A DNA stretch of 60,181 bases, counting the filler, from Sphacelaria rigidula (taxonomy: Eukaryota), in the NCBI GenBank assembly GCA_964200075.2. It is 10 parts of 10 records of this genome, joined end to end, with 100 filler letters (N's around TTAATTAATTAA, not from the genome) between each part and the next. Parts side by side here need not be neighbours in the genome. Positions count along the whole stretch, not along the records: positions 18,086 to 24,013 come from CAXNAA020023421.1; positions 24,114 to 30,041 come from CAXNAA020023422.1; positions 30,142 to 36,069 come from CAXNAA020023423.1; 7 more parts are not named here. The stretch is one strand, 5' to 3'. Positions 22,687 through 36,169 of this stretch are shown here, piece after piece; within the stretch, counting starts at the first letter, position 1; every line of letters begins with the position of its first letter. The notes beneath the pieces were generated by a model. The model was not told the origin of the DNA. It searched no databases and saw only the letters and a program-made list of their open reading frames with translations. Both the position numbers and the translations under genes were made by a program.

Positions 22687-25600
22687 GGCAAACTAATGCA
22701 GAAAGTGTATCGGGCCCCATATATGGCCCGGAGAGGCATTTCGGAACTGAAAGTACTTTACTCGTTAATTGACCGCCTCTAAATCTCGATCGTATCTTAG
22801 ACTTTCAATCTCACAAAAATGTGGCTGATATACGGGTGCAATGAATCAAACGTGGGCGGGGCGCTGATTCATAAATCTCTCTCTGTATGTATGCGAATGC
22901 AAGTTAACGCGGGACCTCATCTGTGTTCCCACAGTTGTTCATTCATATGTATGAAATACTGTTGTACCAAAATTGTGCGGCATCTTAGAGTGCTTTCAAT
23001 GGGATATTCTATCGTCAGCAACTTGTTCATCTGCACGGAGTATTTGTTTTTTGCTCGTTCTCAACTTCGATACTACCTTGCTACTGCGGGTTGCGTCATC
23101 GGGCTGGTATTATGGTGAGAAACATAGCCCTCCGCTATACGTCGACGTATTCCATGTAAGTAGGTAGGGTGCAACTGTATCATCTCACGTGCTTTCTTTA
23201 TTCGCCACCTCCTGCTTTATGGAGTCATCCATCTTTTTTCATCAGTCCTGTTATGTGCTGGCTGTGGTGTGGTAGGGAGTGGGAAAAGGTCGTCTATAAA
23301 ATATGCCGCTTTATGCATGTCCATCCTCATTTCCAGCACTGAATCATTGCATGGACGTCTGGTGTTTCGTGTACTTTCCCCTGCGCTCGTATTGTTGCGT
23401 GCCATACCCGATTTATTGCAGTCCGTACCAGCACGAAACGGTTGGGCATTGATTGGTACATGCCAATTATCACACATACACACATTACCTCCTGCAGGAT
23501 TCGAGTTTTCGCGTGTTGGAGCATTGTTCTCTGCTCGACTTCATATGAATACCAGAAACGTCATCTAGTAACAGACGTAAACGTTATTCAAGCTGGATAC
23601 GGCTTTTTTGCTTGGCTGATTGGGTGACTGCTTGCCGCACATGAACTGACCCCCAAGGAATCAGACCGTGATCGCAAAATAGGCGTGCAATAAGTGAACA
23701 AAACGAAAACACTAGTGAATGGGGAGACGACAAAGCGGGAGATGCAGAAAACAAAACGGGGAAAATGGTGGAACAAACGGAAGAAACTAAGCATAAACGA
23801 AAGACAAACAAAACAGACGGGAAATATGGGGAAGGAAAGGAGAAGGGATTGCGAGCACGGGCAGTCCATCCCAATGACAATGATAGTAAAAGTGACGACA
23901 GCAACAACAATGACAACGACAGCTTAGACCCATCCTACGATGGGGGGGGGGGGGGGGGGGGGGGGGGAAGCACCAAAGTAAAGCGATAGAGTCATGCAGG
24001 GCCCACCGGCACANNNNNNNNNNNNNNNNNNNNNNNNNNNNNNNNNNNNNNNNNNNNTTAATTAATTAANNNNNNNNNNNNNNNNNNNNNNNNNNNNNNN
24101 NNNNNNNNNNNNNGCTGCTTGATGAATGCTACTTGTTGCTGGTGATGGTATCTGTACTCGTGTGTGCGGCAACCTAGCTGCGATGGCCAACTTTTCTACT
24201 GGCAGCGGCACTGCAGCTGGGAAACAAGGACAGACACCGTACCGTTTTCTGTACGTACGTCCCACATTGTCAGAATTCGTAAACGCCTACGCAAACACCG
24301 CTTTCATACTGAACCCTACATGTACTGTAGTACATATTTCCCTATTCAGAATCGAATTTTTCTCGCTTGTTTATACCCGTTACAATAGACGACTGCTTCC
24401 CAACAAAACCATCCGTCCCTTCAGGACTTTCCCTGCGCGCTAATCCTAACCCCCACAGTAGTTGTCACACAGGTCGCCCAAACCTTATTCTGGGGCCGAA
24501 GGAGGGGAAGGGGGGGGGAACCCCTGGGTACCCTATTTGGGGGGTACCCCCCTGATCGATGAATAATGGCGATACTAGTTGACACGTGTGTGCGCATCGG
24601 TCTGAGAACACAGATGTATGTACGGTAAATGAAATATGTTGCTTGTTGCTGTGTTCGACACTGCGTACCGAGCGCAGCGTGACGCCTTCGGCGGTACTAC
24701 CTGCTCACTGCACAGCAGCAGGGTACAGGGTGACAAAGCAGACCGCAGCACGTCACATCCTTTACCTCTCCCTGTCCTGCATTGCTTTCGCGGTGTCCTA
24801 TGCAGTTCGCCACATCATGAACGCAGCCGCTTGTATCTGCGGCCAAGGTGTACGCAGGATATCACCCCTCGCTACGCACGATATCGCTACGACACATTTT
24901 GTAAAGCTGTCCGTGTTGCAGCTACAGGGTGCGTTTGCCCCAGGTGGCGCACGCAGGAGTGAAAGGCCGCCTCCGCCGCTGTATGTATCCTGGGGGAAGC
25001 TGTATGGTAACACAACCGCAGCTGGTGCGCCCACATATACTGAAAGGTGGACACCGGCGTCCAGAATAGATGGGACGACAACACGCAACACGCCGTGCGG
25101 AGTACACTTTCAACATTGTATTCGAACTGATTGTAGAAATCTTTGTCCACTGTCTGGTACATTTCCACAAATAATGCGGGGTCTGGTACATTTCTACTTA
25201 TAGCAGTGTTGCGCCGTTCTCTGTTCTTCAAGTCTTTGACACGCCTCCGCGAAAAACGCTTAGAAACTGTGGATGATGGCAATTATCCTGATTTCACAAC
25301 GACGGTCCGCACCAGCTGTGCATGCAGCAGCGGCTCAGACAGCATCGCCCAGACGGAAGGAGCTCACGCGTGGACGAGCAAGGTGTGTTGATGTATAGAG
25401 AGGCAGCTCGCATCGCAGATTGCAACGGCAGCAGTGCTGTATGCAACGAGTTACGGTAGAATCCGTGCGGCCTAGGGTGAACACCACCCCCCCTCGTGAA
25501 ACCTGACCTCCGGTCTTATGGAGAGCACGGCGCTCGGCCTACACCACCGGTAGAGATAAAGAGGGATCTTTCACCATGTAGAAGAATTAAACTTTCTGTT

Positions 25601-28600
25601 GCAAAAGGATTCACTGAAATCCATTGGTGTCGCAAAATTAACGACGTGACTGAAGTTTGAAAAATTAAATTTTGCTCCGCACCAGCACATGGGTGCAGTG
25701 GGGAGCCCTCTTCCTGCTCTACAAGCTGTTCACCTCATTACAGTACAGGCCCGTGCAGCACAATACCGTGCATTGTCGTGTAGCACAGAAGTGCACACCT
25801 TCGTTCCGTGAAGTGTAGTGCAGCACGGAGTCTTGTACAGTCTGTGAAGTGTAGTGCTTGGATATGAACAGCGCCGAGCGCAAGAAGAAACACTATACTG
25901 TACAGCCCTGCTACTGTAGTGCGTATATGACGGTCATGTCGAAGTCACCAGGATTCATGATGCGCAACATGCGGCCGTGGGTTATGTGTAATTCGACGGG
26001 TTACGCACTTCATGAAGGAAGGTATTAATTCCATCTGGTACTTTTTTTGCGCAACGATGAGGGACATGCAGCCGGGTTTCAACGACCCCCCTACGTGGAG
26101 CGAGATAATTCGAGCGTACATCGTCATAGCTTCCGAGTTGTAAAGTTGAACGATACAACAGCACGATGATCGCATGCAGTGACCATGAGGTTGGATGGAA
26201 CGGCAACCAAAACCCCGTTATCGTTCGTCGGCACAGCATGATGACCACACGATTGAAGACACCTATGACTAAAAGTATTGGCGTACACTCCTACACGCAT
26301 CCACTCCCCGGCACATTTGCTAACCGTAGATCTGGAAAAACACAAAGACTCCCAGTTGGGATACAACGTCTGGAGCATTTCTGAGACGCCGGCCGCGGCA
26401 GACCAAACGTGAGATACGGGACCGCAATCAATCTCGAGGTAAGAGCACTACAACATCCCTCATGCACTAGTGCCGCGCGAAGTAGAAGTGCTGAAGATCC
26501 CGCGCATCCGACTGCTTTCCCCTTGTTCCCGCTGATGATTGTGACTTTTGAACGAAATTGAGGATGCCTACATTTCGGGATATCATTCTTTCACACAAGC
26601 CCCTGACCCTTAACAATCCAAAAAACTAGATCATATGGTGGACACATTGTACCCATATATCGTCGGTTCCGTCTCTTCCGGACAGGTAGTGAAGTGCCTG
26701 CACCACTGTCACCGCCATCCCATCCGACACATGCCACATCCGCGGTTGAAAGTAGATCTCCACGCACTCCGAACGTACAGCGCAGGTGGAAATTCTGAGG
26801 GACATCGCCGAAGGTCGTGCTGGCGAAGGGGTCAAACCGCAAATGTGGCTGAGCTCCCCTTCGTACGGAAACGATGTGGCGACTGTACTGTTCAGTGCGT
26901 CGGTGGCGTCCATGGTGTCGATTGATGGCGCATCTAAATAAAACAGGGGTTGGAGGGATGCAACGACCGTCCGAGCGCAGAACGCAACAATTTCAAATTT
27001 TGATCGGGCGGGGAAGCCGCTACTTGTGAAATCTCCAATACCTCAGCGTCGGAAAACAATACACAGGAGGTGTCACCATGGAGTCCAGTGCCTCTCAAGG
27101 AAGTAGTAACACTCCCATCAAGAGCAGGAGAGCTGCCGGTGGGAGAGTCGTGGCGGTGCAGACTTTACCTCCGTCAGCCAAGGCCAAGAAAAAACGTACC
27201 CCGCCCAACTCTGGCGGAGGCACACCCCCGCATGCTCACGTACGTACATCGAGACGGAAGAGGACCGCGACGAATCACCCGGAGGTTGACAGCGCATGGG
27301 GAGCATGGCATGGGCAACAGAAGGCTGTGTTGCAGCACAGAAACGGGGTGAAGGGAGTTCAGTTGCTGGCAATTCACCCTCCAGAGGAAGCGCCGACATC
27401 CGCATCCCCATACACGGGGTCTAACTCGGGGTCACCGGGGGGATTTTCCACGCTATCGGGACACCATAACAACGACCAGGCTGACCATGCCCCTCGCAAC
27501 GAGCTCCTGGAGGCACGTCAGCGTCAAAATCGAAGCAGAAAAAGAAAAAGGCTACACATACTGCGGCCCCCTGGGGTCGATCACTGTCGAGTTGAAGGTG
27601 TCGGCAATTCATCTTTAGCGTGGTCAGATGCCACCCCGACCCTCTTCGATCAGTTACTGACTCTGCCTTGGTCGCTGACCTAGTTCTGCTACTTTAGCAC
27701 CATCACTACGCTCTGTTCCTATGGCTGCGCCTCGGCTGTACTGAGTAGGAGAGCTGCTGGTAGATATATTATAATGCTATCAACACGTGAGTTTCCAACC
27801 AGCAGTACACATGAATGAACCTGTGTGTGTTGTCCATGATGGTAGCTAAGGTCTGTATCATGTTGCCCATATGGGAGCTTGGTGGGTTGGCACCATGGTA
27901 TCCTCTGGCACACATACTGAGAGACCCCAGCCAATGCGTTAGCTACCCCCATCATTATAACATACTTTTTTTTTCGCGCACAATATTGCCCAAGTCGTTG
28001 ATGCATGAACTGCTTGCTAGACAAAACGGAACTAGTAAACGTTTTTTTTATACGAGACATGAGGTCAGGCCTTTTTTTTTTTTTTCTTTCCTCAAACATA
28101 AACGGCAATAAAGCGACACGCACTCAGGTCATTGTTCCCCTCTGTACAGGCATGAAACCTTCTCTCAATAAAAGAAACACGATGCTCAATCACCCCACCC
28201 ACAACAACCATGAAATGCCAATCAATGTGAACAACTAACGAACATGACAATATTCTATGTCGGCAACGCGGTCATCAGACTACAGGTACCGGCCGTCATC
28301 AGACTACAGGTACCAACAAGAAAAACGAAGGGAATGGCATGTCCCGCACAGAACAAAATCGATATTCAGGATCGTTTACCCGTAAGCAACCCTCACCCAT
28401 CGTTTCAACTTTTTTTTTCATTTTCTACTCCTCACTCTTTATTTTGCCTTCATTTTGTTGTGCGTATCGATACATGATCGATTCAGACTCAGGGTATATC
28501 ACCTGCTGAGTAAGCACCGACATGAAGCGAAGTGTTACTCATTAAAAAAAAAAACGTTTAGGTTTTATCTTATTTTTTTATTTCTTATTATTTTTTCGTT

Positions 28601-28705
28601 GTTCGAGTTTTTCCAATTTTTTCACACTTCACGGATTGGATCATCTTTCCCGCACCGCGTCAACTCTCGTCAAACAAACTGAGTCGTCTACGCATCACGA
28701 ACCCA

Positions 28706-29158
28706 TGTTACAGATTTATTGGTCATTTTCCAGTCGACTACGTTCCATGTGTCACACTTTGTCATGCTTGATACCTGATGGGTCATACTACATGGTGTGG
28801 TGGATTTGAGCTGTTTGCCCTCATGTGTTACAGCGTTTTGGACTAGCATCTCAACTAGCAAAGCAGAAGTCAGCCTGTAAGCTGATAATACAAGAGCATC
28901 TACGCCATCACGGGCTGCGGTATCAGAAGGATCTCTGGTCTTTTCACACTGTAAGCCTGACCTCCATGCGACATTTGTTGTTCTGGCGTCTGAGCGGCTC
29001 GCGGGTATGCCCCCCGACGTTGCGAACCTGGGTTGACTCCGCACTTGATAAAGTCGAACTCAACGGATTGATACACTTGATTGTGTTTGGGCGCGACGGC
29101 CCAGGTGGCCACGAACTGGCACCTTACACTCCCAGACGGTAAGTATCGAACTGTGACA
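28706..29158 (+). mobile_element. Diverged solo LTR of the same family as 13628-14082/16155-16609
   Basis: TGTTACAGATTTATTGGTCAT...CTTGATACCTGATGGGTCATACTACA...AAGTATCGAACTGTGACA aligns end to end with the reverse complement of those LTRs. No adjacent PBS, PPT or clear TSD. Confidence 0.8.
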
Positions 29159-30715
29159 CCTACCCTACACACGGCCTTGAACATACCACGATACACGCAG
29201 AGCGTCTCCAGACGAGCCCGTCGAGCAAACAGGTGATGCTACCCAGTACGGGTACAGTCCCAAACGTGGAACGGAGACGTAGCCGTGTCCTAGCAAGGCG
29301 AAAAATTTAACAACCCTGCATTCCAACGCTCTGTTATCACATGTGTAGGGGTAGCCTGGAATACCCTCATTTATTTTTATCCCTTGTTGGTATTCTTTCT
29401 CTACTTTCCTCAGTCCTCTTCCCTTGTTTTCTGTTTCTTGATCGGCCATTTCTTCCTGTGCTTTGGTTTGTTCTTATTTTCATTTCTCGTCGGTGTCTTC
29501 TACGCCGTACTGTTCAACCTTTTCCTATCCGTCGTATACGCCGTCGAAACAGATTCAGGTAACAACCTCACAGAGCACGATTAGTCTACACACCCATGTC
29601 CTAAACAACCATACGCATAACCTCACACTACTCCCTACAGGTCAGCATGAACATGTACGCTCATGCCGCCACTTTTGGACACGTGGGAGGAGCCTACCAA
29701 CACGCACCCCGCCCAGGTTCAACCGGTCCAAATACTGGCCCCGACAGCCCAGCCACCCCCCCCGCCCGCCGGTGGTGGCTGGTATATGGCCCCCGTAGGA
29801 CAACCTGGCGCCCCTTCCCCTTACTCCCTACCCCAGCAACAACTAGCACAAGGAATACCCCATCCACAACAAGGAAATAATAGCAAATTGCGCGAATTGA
29901 GCTGTAACTCTGAGATGAGGCTCAAGTAGGGAACCCGACTTGCGAACTGTTTGTAGCACAAGTACCGAGGACAAGCTCTTATTCGGAAGAAGTAACCGGT
30001 GGAGGTGAACCCGAAACGCGTCATGTTCAGTATGTCGAAGANNNNNNNNNNNNNNNNNNNNNNNNNNNNNNNNNNNNNNNNNNNNTTAATTAATTAANNN
30101 NNNNNNNNNNNNNNNNNNNNNNNNNNNNNNNNNNNNNNNNNCTTGTCCCCTGGTCATCATCCAGGATCCTACACATGCTACATCTACTAAGCCTTGGTGT
30201 ATTTTGGCTACAGCACCCCCAAAGCGCGTTCAAGACAAACGAACGAGCTTGACAACCAACAAAAACCAAGGCGAATTCGCATGCTCCAAATCACAAAGAA
30301 ATGCCATACTCCGACGCTAATTCACTTGTCAGCGCCCGAGTCAACCTCAGTTTACGCAATTCCTGCGCAACAAATTCAGGCGCAAAAACATATCTTTCGA
30401 AGAGACTTCTACGTACTTTCTTCAGCACCGAATCCATCTCAATCGACCAAAACAATAACATGACCATTGCTTCAGAACCATTCGACCAATGAGTATAGGA
30501 ATTCGGAGAACCACAAGTAAGGCTCCCGTCAGCGCGTGCGTGCGGTCTTATCAAAACCTCAAAATTTTGGATGTGCGCGCGATAAAAACAGTCCCCCTTG
30601 TCATCACAGAGTCTGAGAGTTCTATCGTTTGTGCGAATCTCGCTAACCACCTGATCGAGCTGACAAAAGTTGTTCAAACGTTGAAGAATCGATAGCCGCT
30701 TTTTGTTGCTGTCAC

Positions 30716-33146
30716 ATGGCGAGGAAGCGAATGGTGGTGAAGAAATCGGCTAGCTCCACAAAAATGATGTTGGACTTTATTTCGAAGACCCCAGATGCCT
30801 CGAGCGGACCTCAGACGGAGACAGCAGCAGCTACATTAGATACCGCGGCGGCTGACAGAAGAGGCACAGAGGCCGCTGATGTCGAAGGTGGTCGTCGGCA
30901 GCGATGTTGAGACCGGAAGCTGTCGTGGTCGCGAACATAGCGACATCATATTGGAGACATTTGACCCGCCGTCATCCCCTGCAGATCCCACGACCTTGGA
31001 GTTCCCCTTTCCGGCTCCCCGGAATTATCTCATCGCTGTACACGACGGGTCTCTTGGATACTGCCGCGTGCCCTGGCGCGCGGTCGTCACGACCGACTCT
31101 GTCGTCGCCCACGCGGAGTCGGTTGTTGGCGAGAGTAGCGAAGCATGCGCCGTGTTTGTTGACGAGGGAGGCGCATCTTGCGCGAGCTGTTCAAGGCTGG
31201 AATTCAACACTCTACTGCGAGGTATGCGGCTTTGTATCACCCGAGCTTAGTCGTATTCACCACGCAGTAGCCACGTGGGTGGGTGGGGAGCGGGTCGCGT
31301 TTGCGCGTGATCACCGGCTATTTCTCGAACCGTTTTTCTGGGTAAGCACGGTGTACATTTGGGGTCGTAATCATGTCTCTGGTGTTGGCCTTTACTCGTT
31401 GCGGTGGGTTCACTACTTCGTTTCGCGTTTTACCGCAGCGTCAAGCAGAGCTTACAACACTGCTGACACAAGGTTGGGACGCTGAATTCGCACATTTCGC
31501 AGATAATCACTTCTGGACGTGCCGAAAATGTATTCGCCGCAGGTGTACAAAGTGCCGTTTCCCTCTACCTCGGTGCTGAGGCCAAGTCAGCTTCTTGGGA
31601 TCGTCTCTCTAGGGTCAGGACCTTCACACGGGCGCCGTCCGCTGATGGCTCCTCACGTGAGGATGTGCCTCTTCAAGTTGCAGATCCATTTGCTACATTT
31701 CTGGTTTCTTCCGACACCATAGGATCATATTCGTTGGCTCTCTTTCAGACAACTGCTGTTGTGAAGAAGGCCAGTGGAGGGGTTGTGAATTTCGGAGGGC
31801 AGGTGCGTGGCAGCCTGTTACGGATTACTGAGATAAAGGGACGGTCATCGGCCGACGCAGAGAGAACGTGGGAGTGGGATTGAACCCAACACGAAGGTCT
31901 GCACTGTGAGAGTCATACGGTATTCTCAAATCTTGCCATACCCCTCGATCCCCGCATGAGCATAAACTTCGAAACGTTCGTGTTCACCCGCGATGAGCTC
32001 TGGGGACTGACGGACGCTCTTGTTTGCGCCGCTGATGGGCTGGAGGGTTGGGGCTTCCTTCCAACGCAGCGGCGGCACCAGGTCAGCGACGTGAACCCAC
32101 TGCCTGTTCACGAGGAATTCACGCACTCCCGTCCGTTGGACGACTCTGCATTGTGTGCAGGGGAGGGGAGCGCAAACCATTACCTTACATGCGCTACCTG
32201 TAACGTTGAGGTGAAGATAACAAAGATGCGCCACCATGTCGGTGGCTATATGCTTCAGCGCGAGGAGTTTCGGAAAAGGAGCTGTTGCGGGTTTTGTGGC
32301 CGGTCAGGGCAGTGCCGGTCCTCGATCATGCCTCCCGCCAAGCGTAACGGGGTCGGCACCGTCCTCTGTGATTGTCGCTACGCTTCCAGGGCGGACATGC
32401 GGGGTGAGGTAGTACACCTGCGTCTGTCTTCAGCGAAAGTGTCGACCAAGTCGACTCCCTGTACCAACTTACACATGCTGTGCAGTTTTTGCGAGCAAAC
32501 TCAATACGTCTGGAAGTACGGGATGGGCGATCATGTCGCTGCGGAACACGCTGACAAGTCCGCCCTACTCCAGAACGATGACGAGGCCAAGGCTTTCGTC
32601 CAGGAATACACTGTATCCGAAGAGGAAAAACAGCTTGTACTAGCTGCGTTCAAGGAGTCTTCGAAGCCGAAGGCTGGGGCGGGAAGAGGTAGACCGCGCA
32701 AAACGGCACACAAGACGGCGAGGAGGTTGATTGGAACACGACAGAACGGGCGACGGCAACCCGAGACGGGAGCTGCAATTGAGGCGAGTTCCACAGATGC
32801 CAGTGTGGATGACAGCAGGGATAAAAACGAGGATGGGGAGGAGGACGAGGAGGGCGAGGAGGAAAAAGCAGAAAAAGAAGACGAAGACGAAGACGAAGAC
32901 GAAGACGAAGACGAAGACTAGCAAGGACAAGAAAGAGAACAAGAACAAGAAGACGATCATCTTGCGCAGAGTCAGCAAAATATTAGCACGGGAAGGGGTA
33001 GGCGGGTACATGAGGGGTGTAGAAAGCGTGGCAGGTCCAGTTCGGTCGAAAGCACAGCAGGGCAGGCGGATAAATCAGTCCTGCAACCTAGGAGCCAGCG
33101 TGGACGTTTGAGGCTTGCGGAAAGACGGTTCCCTTGTGATTCTTGA
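30716..33146 (+). pseudogene. Disrupted Cys/His-rich (zinc-finger-like) protein gene, probably transposon-encoded
   Basis: N-terminal piece FPFPAPRNYLIAVHD..VPW...C...CASC..L. One frame from ~31480 to 33146 is broken only by TGA at 31881 and TAG at 32919. It carries SWDRLSRVRTF, VADPFATFL, CATC..MRHHVGG..CGFCG..C..PCTN..CSFC..WKYGM..H....H, a GRGRP AT-hook-like motif and an acidic tract. Confidence 0.65.
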
Positions 33147-35959
33147 AGGCCTCTGTAGTCCAAGTAGGTAGTGATACGGGTGGCGTATTCCATGCAGGGA
33201 CCTGCAGGGCTTCCAGCTTGGCGTGTTTACGAATGGATACTGCTTGGAGTAGTTTTCTGCCTGCGAATGAGTGTCTCCCTACTAACACGATTATGCAGCA
33301 GTCTACACCAGGGCTTGCAAGCTCCACACCATTGTCGACTGCGATTGCTATATTCGAAAGTGACCGCGGGTCAGACAAGTTTCGTCCTGGTTGCGGCAAC
33401 CGCAACCCTTAACGGCGGTCAGCGTAAGAAGAGTCATACGCAAATGTCGTGAAACATGCTTGCTGTTTGCGCCTCATAACATGAATAAGAGTGCAAGATG
33501 GGTTGCGACTAGACGGCACAAATTCCCAGCAGAAAGAAATTGAATTCATCCGTCGAAAGTGACCCGGGTCGGCGGGATATTCCCCACCCACCCACCCATC
33601 TCCCTCGTCCCCCCACACGTTTTTTCATTGCGCACATACACTGTCCATGTCGCCTTCCAGCGCACGAATGATTTGGCACCTCGAAACCAACGCGGCACAA
33701 AAAGGCAACTTACGAGTTGAAAAAAAAATTACATGATTTTGTTTAAAAAATCGAGCCCAAAAAAGGGGTTCGTAGGGGGTTGGGCTTGGTCATTCCCAGC
33801 CCTGATGTACCCCTGTTCGAAACGAGGATCGGCGTAACAAGGTTTAACCCAAGACTTTTTGAAATCTGTTTCAAACAATTGAGGTCTACTTTGTAATAGA
33901 CTTCAGCGCTTCCCGTGAGAGGATGGACGTTCTATGATAACAATGGCTGCTACGGATGGAAATTCGTTCGCGTCATGAAATGTCCACTCAGAGCTTTCAA
34001 TAAAGTAGAATCAGAGCGTAGGAGAGGGGGGATGAGCCACCCGTAACTTGCTCACAAAACGGGCGTATTATAGAACAAGATCTAAAGCGTCAACTGATCC
34101 ATGCATGGATGGTTATCTTGAGGGCAAATCCGCAACTGGCTGTTCGATCCATCCAACCACGGGCGAGATGCGATTTGTGCACTCAAAGCTGGAGTTCACC
34201 CCCCCAAGACAATCTCAAAGTACCCAACATTGTACACCAGGAAGCGCGTCCCCGCTTTCTACGGAGATAAGGGCAGCCATGAACGAGCAAAAACTAACAG
34301 TGTTTTCGTGAGATCGAGAGTAGAGGATAAGATTGAAAGTGAAAAGCGGTCAACTAGTGAATGAATCATTTCAGCTCCGAAATGCCCCTCCACGAGGTCC
34401 AATATGCTTTCTGTAGTAGCTTGCCACTGAGGTCCTTAATATCCCTGAGTAGGATATCGACGCGTAGCTGTGAGCTCACGCAAGTGATAGAGGCTAAGAA
34501 GAGCACACACAGGATGAAAAATTGGCTGAGTTAAAGCCAGTGATCAAAGTCACTCTCAATCACCGCTCTACTCTCAATCCCGAACACGTTGTTAACTACG
34601 TAAGCCTCGCGAAACTACAATGGCTGCCCGCGCACCCACGCACGCATGTCACCAGGTTGCTCGGGCGAGAAGTTCGTGCACCTGGCGCATTTTGCCTTCC
34701 GGTAACCACTGCATGGCATGGCGGTCATGTAGAGTAGCTTTGGTTGTTGGGAGAGGGTTTGCCTAGGGCTTGACAAAAACAAAGTACGTTCAGCCATGGC
34801 ATTTCGGTGCCGGATTGAGGAAAATTGGGAAAGTCTCTATTGGAGCTACAAACGCTTTAACGTGGTTGAGGGCTATGTAAAACATGGAATCACACGATTT
34901 ATCAAAATCAAATTACCGCCTACGAGTATGTAGTTCCTCGTGAGTGGTGCTTATGGCACGCCCCTTTACTGCCAGTGATGTTTCTGGTGTCGGACCAACA
35001 TTATCCGCACCGTGCGCAATGCCTGGCTCACTTAAATCCTGGCCCAGCCTTAACGGGGGTCATCTCAAGGTCGAACGGCGGTAAATGGATCCAAACCGGT
35101 ACAAGGCAGAGTCCCGATACAAGGCAGAGTCCCGATACAAGGCCGGTCTTTTCTGCCGGCGTATATCGGTCGTGAGACCAACTCTTATGAGCCCGAAAGT
35201 GGTCACACGGTAGACGTTTTCTTGCGATTTTTGGTAATGATAACCAACTCTCATGACACGAAGCTGTGGGAGGTGCCGCTTTTTTTTCGTTTTGCTCCTC
35301 TGTAATGGGGTTATGCTGCTGTATATGGCGAGCACAGGCTCACCAGGCAAGGCAAGGGGCCAGTCCGCAGACTGAAGAGTCAGGCCAAATAACAGGCACC
35401 ACCTCACACAGATGTGTCCAAAAGATACCAAAATGTCACGCGCAGGTAGATGTTATCACTTCTTGATTGCTTGGTCTCAACCTTAAAATATCCGATCTCT
35501 TCAATCCAGTCTTTCAATCCAATCAGTCTCACCGGTGTTAGACTTATTTGCTGGAAGAGGGGAGTAGATGGCAGTGATGGTAGAGTGGCTTGGCTGTGCG
35601 AAGACACACGCAAGCCATCATCATCTCTGTCATATAAAAGTTCACACTCGTCCCTGACCAACTCTAAACAGACCTGCAGTCTTAGAAATGACCAGAAATG
35701 CAATATGAAGCCAGACTCATCGGACTCATCGATGGGTCTGAGGCGGCATGACAACAGGCTATATGCCCGTCATGACACTAAACCACCCAGACGAACCTGT
35801 ATCACAGCTGCGAGGATTTATCCGCAAAGCAGCGAAAACTAAGGGTTTTTTTCACTCGTAAAGTCATGAACGCGGCTAATAAAGCATATCTAAGAAAACA
35901 CTCCCGTACCCACTCCCACACCTTAACTGGTGAGATATCCATGAGGCAGTGTACAAGCT

Positions 35960-36066
35960 GTGGATGTCTCGGGAAGTGGCGATACCAGAAAATAAAGTAA
36001 CTCATTGTGGGCTGTGTTCCAAATGCAAGACAATCAGTAGGCTTCGGGTCGAATAATCTTAGCAGA
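35960..36066 (+). repeat. Dispersed ~100-bp repeat (also 49260-49357, partial 5903-5927)
   Basis: GT.GCGATACCAGAAAAT.AAG.AACTCATTGT.GGCTGT...AGTAGGCTTCGGG.CGAA.AATCT.AGCAG is shared across three scaffolds. Confidence 0.7.
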
Positions 36067-36169
36067 ATGNNNNNNNNNNNNNNNNNNNNNNNNNNNNNNN
36101 NNNNNNNNNNNNNTTAATTAATTAANNNNNNNNNNNNNNNNNNNNNNNNNNNNNNNNNNNNNNNNNNNN

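Noticed and set aside
33000..33405. Convergent minus-strand ORF as a TET/JBP-like dioxygenase cargo
   Set aside because: No HxD...H...R motif. Part of it is just the antisense of the plus-strand frame that continues to 33146.
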